Shown in pieces: positions 10,901 to 17,856 of a stretch of DNA of 31,520 nucleotides. The notes beneath the pieces are model-generated. The model did no database searches and was not told where the DNA came from. It was given only the letters and a program-made list of their open reading frames with translations. Position 1 is the first letter of the stretch; the number at the start of each line of letters is the position of its first letter. Source of the DNA: a virus (Duplodnaviria > Caudoviricetes); the IMG/VR virus record IMGVR_UViG_3300042448_001346, positions 1-31,520 of that record. One strand, written 5' to 3'. The position numbers were made by a program, and so were the translations under genes.

Positions 10901-11023
10901 AAAATTATGGGAGAATATTTAACTATAAACTACAACGAATTAATTCCCGTAATGGTTAAGCAAATTCAAAATTTGAAAAAAGAATTAGAAGATGTAAAAA
11001 AGGTTTTAGCTAATGGCAAGTAA
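4919..11023 (+). CDS. Large tail fibre/spike protein with C-terminal peptidase S74 intramolecular chaperone
   Basis: 2034 aa, S/T/G/N-rich beta repeats, short collagen-like GxxGxxG runs, C-terminal SDRRLKKDI...YGFIAQDVQKIYP...INYNELIPVMVKQIQNL plus coiled coil starting at nt 10730. Confidence 0.85.
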   Translation: MALLKKTLFDEKLETYNVLVEDTAPFSNYFKITELSDVFTGGKNAFLIQGSPELVADSLIKIQIKDSQGNTIYNEPGEGIPEYYEGTSKVVAVYIYPDTSFGPCTITILGELKEYYSNNGVLNPVPGNWEGTYNVRWQKQINVNPLLQNTSKIRFYRRPKVAIEETILPIYNRSVNRKTISGSVDGVSINPLAGANFKTFKGDTLYELRISGSSFSSSMEGETITITNLNQSYSTTIKDVITSNKANATIPYYETSSVTSPQIIKNFSSASFSLAYNESVTLTNSSVSSSFAKIKLTDLEAFSGDVNRLRIYASRKADIGNYTLLEDIQLESNELLQTDEYSGSVNIRTGVFSSQNIVNEFWVYKDYDSSTNYTATLNNTDLVSSVKLLDDGIQNTSDYPQRIFYYSSSLDLLKNTEYQLDFTPILSSSLYGNNIIEIYGSGSAFVNLGSNIGLGKNIGKLVTNSQFIRYDKQQVNFKTDADGTGTIVFAVYQGNWQLSNISLRATQETNFSPNEITLNVAVPTKVKNDTFDFKFEFYDINNNYVPVSLNQEFTFTGGNDLVVRKSITVTPDGNLFSFSGSGESIGVSSINFDIVKVGLTGSTIFYSSAFDENGDYIQPSVYGSQPFYPGLLTNITSGSATLTVSNFTGSLTTPKVTRILYTASCEDVQDLVNIYRVDQGANGQDGIDGSDGATFIVIANKNQFVYDPDNHFEPAQSNDFIDIKLSSNIVSGSLTIASGSFLPKLQKLSTTQVGFYTESVYRIYSGDDDEDVAMLGTNAASWSYYTPTNLIHGGTYLFTQNGFSSSVQIEGVLKGDKSKNLNAVSNANQFFYKMTDVSLSPSGQAITIDVKRNNLGSTSNAITVTSGSGKPALTVGSNNGTTGVQSYNVNGADYPYSAGATTYTFFAEDLNFDGYTDTITITPVIAESQIAVNLTNENTTFPAYSGGSVFGGFLASSGSISVKVGSEDISYASTIGNNKFSASISSSLNVTPVLTNNNYSITALSADSGSINLKVTYRDGRGSDSVFTKLVTYSKAKAGTPNVLVAVSPSAQTISANSKGSGSATPIALTVTALEAGTSRFTSIGTPTFTNGLAGSVSSNVITITSDASTITSNTAQVTIPVNYTDSEGATGTKNVVATVSKALASAPSTIVFIEKDGQTITKSKTGTYGTPSSFRINVLEGANSSSYDNTSPFANSTFRISGVTNGSVSATDLDKYATITPTTPSSTSGLVVSITGSFVDSEGSTTSFFKTHNVNVASDGTDGSTGATGPGIVLRGEWKNNTLYYYTTVAGSSRRDAVYKSVSGVTHYWATLVQHTSETGVKELPAVSNDNTYWQYLGEQDFFVAAKIAIFDESYVKNTLNVGTNSDGSAANITLKGGTTSPYVSIGQGTQGYGNNGIWLGIVSATTPKVSFVSGSNYFKYDASATNMVDIGGRISATSLTADTGSIGGFEIQGGLLQAGSTTSGIQLNGTTSTIIVGNLSTNSSARVSPAGFFAGNTSFGSAPFSVNLDGALVATNADVRGKITATQGTIGGWVISQNSISKNRVTLNAGESDAENYIQITGTPGGSFAGNRVYIHPGELTDISGGSGNAIAATNASSYVNISSANTIYAGNSSTTATMGTSSQTVTSLSTSSTFNLIAKLKFKIDVVYESVPVTQVLNETNTRSYYSIDYAAGQMAWSTLVDDGAVNLTTARPEWGWIPQSDNTAVFNFLNQMNAAMGTNITSIQQMENEITGWTITTALSYMNGSIGVNSAMTYKTTSGGTTVSTFTPNSQITSEELPEVTYTVNSTGNGTTGPSFAITKSNTLQSVYRRVTWRGGRYNINFTGYGGSSTNYQGYAIWAETEGGFVSTPSSVTYSAKTTSLTANALTKQVELSEAGMQAVFNATNSSEGNYFRVSDVGTPTISNFNIKSAGFFAHYGEMHVKGDIAGFSTALSSDRRLKKDIVDIEDTEIEDMDKLHPVTYSWKDDENNNKHYGFIAQDVQKIYPHLTKTKIMGEYLTINYNELIPVMVKQIQNLKKELEDVKKVLANGK

Positions 11024-14000
11024 TATTAAATTAGGTGATTTAGGAACTTCAGCTGGATTAAATACGGCAACAACAACTGTAAGTGGTTCTTATGTTGCTA
11101 CTATATTTTTAACGGGTTCTATTGGGGGTGGTGTAAGAGATTTACCAGATACTCCAGGAACATTATCAGGTACATCCGCTAGACCTTATGGACAACAATA
11201 TGAATTTATAGAATTTGATGGAAAAATTCCAACGGTTACAATTATATCAATTGCTAGTCCGGATACATCTGACTCTAATAGTGGTAAAAAAATTACTTGG
11301 GAATATTCAATCGCAGGTATGCTTGCTGGGGAAACTGCAAGATTAAAAATATTTGTAAATGGTTCAGATACAGGTGAATATTATAATATAAATGGAAATG
11401 TTGGACTTGCTAATGGAGTGTATGTTGATACTGCTAATTCGTATGTAGTTCCAAACTCCATTAATACTTTAAAATTAGTATTAAATATAAATTCATCAAA
11501 TAAGACGGGAAATGATAGTAAGACTGTATATGTTTATCCATTAGATTTAACAATAACATCTATAACGCAAACACCATCCCTAAGTGGAACTACTACATAT
11601 AATTACACAACGGGTTCAATTTCATTTAATGCAAATGTAGCAGGTGGTATTTCACCATACATTTATAATTGGAATAGTGGAGCAAGTTCTGCTAATCCAT
11701 ATTCATTTAATAACGCATCAACTGTAACCGATAAACAAATAACATTAGTTGTAACGGATTCTCATACTCCAACTGCGGATACCGCTAATGGAACGAGTTT
11801 ACCTATAATGAGGAGACCTGTATCGGTAAGTATTTCTAATGCATCGATTAGTGAACCATATGTAGATTATACATTAGATTCTACTGTAAATTATAATGTT
11901 CAAGGATTAAATATTTCATATGACTGGGTTGTAGGAAGCGGTACTGGTTATAAATTTGGATACGCATCTAATGATGCAGACCCAATTGTATATTATTCAA
12001 CATTAGGTGCAAAAACTCATAGAGTTAGTATAAGTTCATTTGAAAACGCATCAATTAGAAATCATATTACATCTAATACTACTGTGCAAGTTTCACCAAC
12101 CGCAAATGTAAGTGTAACATATGCGCCTGGAACTGAAACTTGGTCTGCCACATTTGATAGTGTAGTAGCAGCTTCCTATGGTTCAAGAACTTATGAATAT
12201 CAAGCCCGTTCAAAAGATGCAGGTGGAACATATACGGATTGGGGTGGTAGTGTAACTGTTTCATCTAATTCAATTTCTGCTCAATCATTTGCAGGAAAAA
12301 CAAATACTGCACAATATGTTCAAATTAGAGTAAGAGTTAGAAGAACATATACTCCGGACAGTTTTAATGAAGTTTCTACTTGGGTAGAATCAAACGAAGC
12401 ATTAGTTCCGCAAAAGGGTATTGTTAATATGGATAATCAAACTAATCTATTAACAGGTGGAGATAGAAGTTTTGATGGTAGTGTTACAATTGGCGGAGTA
12501 GCTGATACGGGATATAATACTCCAACAATAACGGCAGTTACTACGGGTGGTACTGTTACTGCTACCATTAGTAAACCTTCTTCTAATGTTGTTAGAGTGG
12601 TTGTTAATAATCCATGTACAAATGTAAATGATGGAACGGCTAGCCATGTTATATCTTTAAAAGATGGTAATGGTTATAATCTAACTAAATCTTTTACAAC
12701 TCAATATAAAATAAGTTCTACATCTATAAATTTAACTACTACTTGGGTAAATGGTAATTATTATAATGGAGCGAGTAATTCTATTGCAAATAGCTTAGCA
12801 CAATACTCATTTACATTAAATTCATTTGCTTATAAAGTTGGAGCTGGTTCATACACCACATTAAATAGTGGTAATATGAGTAGTTCGTATTCACATACTT
12901 ATACTGCACCCACTTCAGACCAGACTTGGACTTATAGAATTGTTGCTAGTGGGGGAACATATACGACATCGGATACAGCAGAAACTTCTTTGACCGTATA
13001 TGGATATCCTGGACAATCTTATGGTTATTCGGTTGCAGGTGTTCCATCATCTGGTACATTATCTCAAGTGGGTAGTGTTGTAGCAAGAGTAAGTAGAAGT
13101 AGTGGTAATTTCGCAAAAATATCAGTAGATAGTTATTATGTAACTAGACCTACGGGAACAAATGTATCACCTGCTGGTAAATCGGAAGCAAGTATCACCG
13201 ATTCAGCAACTAGCTTTGATTCAGCTACATTTTCATTATACGATTCGGCAGAATGTGGTAATAATGTAACGGGTATAGCAACTTTAATGGCTTATTTAAA
13301 ATATGAAATCGATGCATCGAGATATTATTTACATCAACTAATATCTTCAGGTGTATCTGTTTTAAATGAACCACCAAGCCTAACCTCTACATTAATTAGT
13401 GGTATTACAAGTGATTATGCAATTAGAGGAAATATTATAACACACGAGATTTCATATTCTTCATATGGTCCTCCAATAGCAGGTTATTACGATTTTAATG
13501 GTACATTTTATGATAATTCTGCGTACGCATATCTTTCTCAAAATACAAATCCATCGAGTTTTTCAGGTATAACAGTCAATGATGAAAATTCACCAGATTC
13601 ACCTTCAATTGGATATTACCGAATAGCTACCGATGGGACATTTTGTAGAAAGACTAGAAATTTATCATTTGAATACACACCAACTTCAGGCCAGGTAGGT
13701 ACTAATATAACATTGAATTATTATGCAAGAGAATACCAAATAGATGAAAATCAAATTTATGAAGGGCCTGGCTTATTTACTTATTTATATGATTATTATT
13801 TTGATGGAAGTGAAGCAACTTTAACTTCTACAAAAACATATAGCGTTAGAGGAAGAAGATTAGGTACTAGCGGTAATTCTTGGAGTATTGTAATTTATGT
13901 AAGCAAAGGATATAGTGATTTACAATTTGGATTGGGTAGTGGTACATTAACAGGACCTGATGGAGCTATTGATTATTATAATGGAAATTTAGATGCTTTA

Positions 14001-15899
14001 ACATATGTTTATCAAAGATATAATGGAAGTAGTTGGGTAGATATCGCTGGTTCATCTTACGATCCAGGTACATTCGGAACTACTTTAGTTAGAGTTAAAT
14101 TTACAGATACATGGGGTAATACATTTGCATCAGGCGAACAAAGTGCAACTACTTCGGATTTAGATTATACATTTAATGTAACTAATGAAGGCGGCCAGCC
14201 TACTGTATATGCTTATGTTGGTCCTGGTCAATCTAGTGCACCTGTTATATTAACTCCAGGATTTACCGATAAAAGAGCCATATGGTCAACTGGAACAAAT
14301 ATCAGTATTGATAATATGACTGTAGATGATTATGTTATAGTATATGAACATAATGTATCCGGTATGGATGAGAAGGGAACATATTCTAATTTTCCAGGTG
14401 CATATACTACCATAAGTGTATCTGTTACAGCAGGTAGTACTCCTACATATGGAATGTTTAGAACATTTACTTATACACTTAGTACTAATCAACAAGTAAT
14501 AGCAACTAGAGATTATGCCGGAAGTCCTTATGCAAACGCAACTGGCACAGATATATTAGGTATTAAATCATTTCAAATGTTTAATTCCGGTGATAACATA
14601 GGAAATGCTACTTTATTTGGCACAGGTGGTATTAGTGGTAACTTTAGATTGATGGCATTATTAAGAGCACCATCGGTATATGATGCAACTGCTACATATA
14701 CATTGCATGGACAAAAAGCTTCAAACAATACACAACAAGGTACAGACTATTATGTAGTGTTAAAGACAAGAGGTGTTCAAAATATTGTTAATATATTAAC
14801 TCAAACGGGTCAATGTGGTGGAATATATGTAGAATATAGAACGGGTCAAATAGATACCGCAACAAGATTGATTATTCAAGAAAGTACGGATAATTCTACA
14901 TTTACAAATACTTCATACAATTATAATGGTATATCAGCAAATACTACATACAATGCATTTATAACCGTAACAGGAAATTCAACAAAATATTATAGAGTAA
15001 TATTACAAAATAGTGCTGGTACTACTTTGGTTACTGGTACATCATATCCGTACACAAATTACGCAGCAGGTGCAGCCGGTACTTATGTTTTTTTAAATGT
15101 AGAGTCTGGTTGCTTCTCATTTACATATAGAGTTAATAGACCTTCTGGAGGTAATTCTAATAGTAACTCTTATTATGCTATTTCTTGGGCAGCTACAGAT
15201 GGATATGGTAATGTTACCACTTCAATTACATCCGATTCCGGCCGTGCATATGGTACTACTTACTCTCTTAGTTTATTTGGGTTTCCATGTGATGTACAAA
15301 TATATGTTACTATAACACCTTATTCGGCAACAGGTTGTGAGGGTACATCGGCTGGTACACTTGAAGTTGTGCATAAATCTGATTCGTATAGTAGTTTATG
15401 TGCTTGTTCTGGTGGAGATGGTTGTTTAGTATATGGTACAAAAGTTTTAATGTATGATGGCTCTTTAAAAAATGTTGAAGATTTAGTTATAGGAGATATT
15501 GTTAAGAGTATGTCGATTAATGGGTTAAATGCTGGACAGGAATTTGCTTGGCAAAACTTTTCTACAAATAATTTTGAATATGAAGAAGGTTTATCTATCA
15601 TATATGATATTAATGATAATTCATTCAATCAATATTATGTATTTAATAATAGATTAAGAGCAACATATGAACATCCTATATTTATAAAGAGAGGTGATAT
15701 TTGTATGTTTGAACCTGCTGAAAATGTAACAATTGGAGATTATATGTTTACATCTGATAATGAATTTGAAATAATTACATCAATTGATATAATAGATGAG
15801 AGTGTACAAACTATTAATATAAACATAGAAGAAAATGATGTATATTTTGCAGATGGTATATTAGTTCATAATTTTGCTCAACCAAAAGACCAAGCTTAA
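11013..15899 (+). CDS. Large virion structural/adhesin-like protein with C-terminal Hint (intein-like) domain
   Basis: 1628 aa, S/T/Y/G-rich beta-sandwich-like body; Hint motifs G|CLVYGTKV (Cys at 15423), ATYEHP and YFADGILVHN (Asn at 15870-15872). Confidence 0.8.
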   Translation: MASNIKLGDLGTSAGLNTATTTVSGSYVATIFLTGSIGGGVRDLPDTPGTLSGTSARPYGQQYEFIEFDGKIPTVTIISIASPDTSDSNSGKKITWEYSIAGMLAGETARLKIFVNGSDTGEYYNINGNVGLANGVYVDTANSYVVPNSINTLKLVLNINSSNKTGNDSKTVYVYPLDLTITSITQTPSLSGTTTYNYTTGSISFNANVAGGISPYIYNWNSGASSANPYSFNNASTVTDKQITLVVTDSHTPTADTANGTSLPIMRRPVSVSISNASISEPYVDYTLDSTVNYNVQGLNISYDWVVGSGTGYKFGYASNDADPIVYYSTLGAKTHRVSISSFENASIRNHITSNTTVQVSPTANVSVTYAPGTETWSATFDSVVAASYGSRTYEYQARSKDAGGTYTDWGGSVTVSSNSISAQSFAGKTNTAQYVQIRVRVRRTYTPDSFNEVSTWVESNEALVPQKGIVNMDNQTNLLTGGDRSFDGSVTIGGVADTGYNTPTITAVTTGGTVTATISKPSSNVVRVVVNNPCTNVNDGTASHVISLKDGNGYNLTKSFTTQYKISSTSINLTTTWVNGNYYNGASNSIANSLAQYSFTLNSFAYKVGAGSYTTLNSGNMSSSYSHTYTAPTSDQTWTYRIVASGGTYTTSDTAETSLTVYGYPGQSYGYSVAGVPSSGTLSQVGSVVARVSRSSGNFAKISVDSYYVTRPTGTNVSPAGKSEASITDSATSFDSATFSLYDSAECGNNVTGIATLMAYLKYEIDASRYYLHQLISSGVSVLNEPPSLTSTLISGITSDYAIRGNIITHEISYSSYGPPIAGYYDFNGTFYDNSAYAYLSQNTNPSSFSGITVNDENSPDSPSIGYYRIATDGTFCRKTRNLSFEYTPTSGQVGTNITLNYYAREYQIDENQIYEGPGLFTYLYDYYFDGSEATLTSTKTYSVRGRRLGTSGNSWSIVIYVSKGYSDLQFGLGSGTLTGPDGAIDYYNGNLDALTYVYQRYNGSSWVDIAGSSYDPGTFGTTLVRVKFTDTWGNTFASGEQSATTSDLDYTFNVTNEGGQPTVYAYVGPGQSSAPVILTPGFTDKRAIWSTGTNISIDNMTVDDYVIVYEHNVSGMDEKGTYSNFPGAYTTISVSVTAGSTPTYGMFRTFTYTLSTNQQVIATRDYAGSPYANATGTDILGIKSFQMFNSGDNIGNATLFGTGGISGNFRLMALLRAPSVYDATATYTLHGQKASNNTQQGTDYYVVLKTRGVQNIVNILTQTGQCGGIYVEYRTGQIDTATRLIIQESTDNSTFTNTSYNYNGISANTTYNAFITVTGNSTKYYRVILQNSAGTTLVTGTSYPYTNYAAGAAGTYVFLNVESGCFSFTYRVNRPSGGNSNSNSYYAISWAATDGYGNVTTSITSDSGRAYGTTYSLSLFGFPCDVQIYVTITPYSATGCEGTSAGTLEVVHKSDSYSSLCACSGGDGCLVYGTKVLMYDGSLKNVEDLVIGDIVKSMSINGLNAGQEFAWQNFSTNNFEYEEGLSIIYDINDNSFNQYYVFNNRLRATYEHPIFIKRGDICMFEPAENVTIGDYMFTSDNEFEIITSIDIIDESVQTININIEENDVYFADGILVHNFAQPKDQA

Positions 15900-15901
15900 A
15901 A

Positions 15902-16345
15902 ATGGATATTACGAATATACTTACTTACAATACTTTAATTGTTCCTATATTTGATATAGCTTCTAATAATTCCATTAGTGGTTGGTCTATATCAAAGAAA
16001 AATTACACTACTGAAAAAATCACATCAATTAAATCTAATAAAGTAGATACATACTATATTTTAAATGGAATAAAATTTCATACAAATTCGGAAGTATTAA
16101 TTAGAGTAGATGGTGAGATAAAAAATATGTTTGTTAAAAATTTATACGAAGATTTTGTAAATAATAAAGTTATATCAATTTTAAATTACAAATTAGAAGA
16201 TGTATTAATTAATGATTTTCAATTTGAAGAAAGAGCTAGTGTTAGAAATAGATGTATGTTTTTAAGCGTAAATGTATATGGAAATACTATTTATCTACCT
16301 TATTCAAAATATTCCATACTTATAAGAGGAGCATTATTTATATAA
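15902..16345 (+). CDS. Hypothetical protein, probable degenerate Hint-fold paralog
   Basis: 147 aa; ITSIKSNKVDTYYILNGIKFHTNSEVLIRVDG parallels IYDINDNSFNQYYVFNNRLRATYEHPIFIKRGD of the upstream Hint domain; catalytic Cys, TxxH and HN are absent. Confidence 0.5.
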   Translation: MDITNILTYNTLIVPIFDIASNNSISGWSISKKNYTTEKITSIKSNKVDTYYILNGIKFHTNSEVLIRVDGEIKNMFVKNLYEDFVNNKVISILNYKLEDVLINDFQFEERASVRNRCMFLSVNVYGNTIYLPYSKYSILIRGALFI

Positions 16346-16360
16346 GTTATTTAAATTGTT

Positions 16361-17770
16361 ATGGTACATAAATTGGGAATATGCATTCCATATAGGAATA
16401 GAGAAACTCATTTAAAAACTCTAATTCCACATCTTACAAAGTTTCTTAATAAAAAAGGTATTGAACACTCTTTTTATATAGCTCATCAAACCGATGATAA
16501 GTTATTTAATAGAGGAGCAATGAAAAACATTGCAGCTAAACATGCATTTGATGATGGGTGCGATTATGTAGCATTTCACGATGTGGATATGTTGCCTGAA
16601 AACGATAATTGTGATTATTCGTATCCAAATGAATTACCAACGCATATTTCTACAAAACTTTCAAAATACAAATATAAATTAAATTATGAACAATATTTTG
16701 GTGGAGTTGTATTATTTACAAAAGAGCAAGTTGTAAAAACCAATGGTTATTCAAATGATTATTGGGATTGGGGAATGGAGGATGATGATTTATTTTGGAG
16801 ATGTATATTTGAAAATATGGTAGATACGCATATATTTGCAAAATACACAAATAAATCGTATTTTAGTTTTAATGGAAATGATTCATATATTCAGATACCA
16901 AAAGATTTAGGGTTACATTCAGTTTTATCTAATTCGCATACTATTTCAATATTATGTAGTGTTGATAATCAGTCGGAAAAATATAATTATTGGTTAGTAG
17001 GAGATGAATCTAAATCGTTTATAGAGTATCCTATTTTTAGAAGTAATAGTAAAGATGGATATGGAATTGGATTTAATAATTCTAGAGCAATATGTTCTTC
17101 CATTAGAAACTCTAACAATCATTTTAACTATGGGTGGATTAAGCGTAATTTTAATGAATGGACTTGGATAACATTATCACTTGATTCGGAATCTAAAAAT
17201 ATATATTTTTATTGTAATAATAAACTTATAAAGAATACAACAAATGGAGTAGTAGAAGAAAGCTATTCTAATTATGAGGGCACATTAAAGAAAATAGATT
17301 CAGATTTTTACATAGGAAAAAATTCAGATATAACTACTGATATGATAGCTCCATTTTTAAAAGGAAAAGTAGCAGAAGTTAAAGTTTGGGATAAGTTTTT
17401 TAAAAAAGAAGAAATAGAAGATATTGTATTAAAAAATAAAGAAACTCCATATTTTGAATTATCAACTAGCAATACTAATGTAAATTATTTCAATGTAGTT
17501 AAAGGGGTTGAAACTTTTGATGTGATTAATAATATAATTCCATATCGTAGAGAGGGTAGGTTTCTTTCTTTACCACACATTGATGAAGGATTTGTAAATG
17601 GAAAATGGGCTAAAGGAGAAACTACTGCTAAAAATGAACGAAGATTTTTTTTAGAAATGAAAAAAGAAAAATTGAATTATAAAGAGGATGGTATAGCTCA
17701 AATTAAATACGATTTAGTATCAAAAGAGCAAATATCAGATAATGCTTGGATGATAAATGTAAAACTTTAA
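16361..17770 (+). CDS. Glycosyltransferase family 7 (beta-1,4-galactosyltransferase-like) with inserted LamG/ConA-like domain
   Basis: IPYRNR, FNRGAMKN, FHDVD, YFGGV, NGYSNDYWDWGMEDDDL; LamG-like segment from FSFNGNDSYI to KGKVAEVKVWD; GT7 C-terminus resumes at RREGRFLSLPH. Confidence 0.85.
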   Translation: MVHKLGICIPYRNRETHLKTLIPHLTKFLNKKGIEHSFYIAHQTDDKLFNRGAMKNIAAKHAFDDGCDYVAFHDVDMLPENDNCDYSYPNELPTHISTKLSKYKYKLNYEQYFGGVVLFTKEQVVKTNGYSNDYWDWGMEDDDLFWRCIFENMVDTHIFAKYTNKSYFSFNGNDSYIQIPKDLGLHSVLSNSHTISILCSVDNQSEKYNYWLVGDESKSFIEYPIFRSNSKDGYGIGFNNSRAICSSIRNSNNHFNYGWIKRNFNEWTWITLSLDSESKNIYFYCNNKLIKNTTNGVVEESYSNYEGTLKKIDSDFYIGKNSDITTDMIAPFLKGKVAEVKVWDKFFKKEEIEDIVLKNKETPYFELSTSNTNVNYFNVVKGVETFDVINNIIPYRREGRFLSLPHIDEGFVNGKWAKGETTAKNERRFFLEMKKEKLNYKEDGIAQIKYDLVSKEQISDNAWMINVKL

Positions 17771-17801
17771 TTGGAAATTTGGAAAAAATTTCGTATGTTT
17801 G
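17771..17801 (+). promoter_or_regulatory. Bacteroidota-type promoter (TTG-N20-TATGTTTG)
   Basis: TTG at 17771-17773, 20-nt spacer, TATGTTTG at 17794-17801. Confidence 0.65.
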
Positions 17802-17844
17802 ACCTAAAAAAAGACTAGTACTTACTAAAAGTACAATAAATAAG

Positions 17845-17853
17845 ATATTTATA
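17845..17853 (+). promoter_or_regulatory. ATATTTATA promoter-like motif
   Basis: ATATTTATA ends 3 nt before ATG 17857. Confidence 0.55.
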
Positions 17854-17856
17854 CAC

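Noticed and set aside
15423-15872. Canonical protein-splicing intein or mobile element
   Set aside because: The +1 residue is Phe, the C-extein is only 8 aa and there is no homing endonuclease; treated as an autoprocessing Hint domain.
17818-17834. GTACTT-N5-AAGTAC hairpin as an intrinsic terminator
   Set aside because: The stem is short and AT-rich with no following U-tract.
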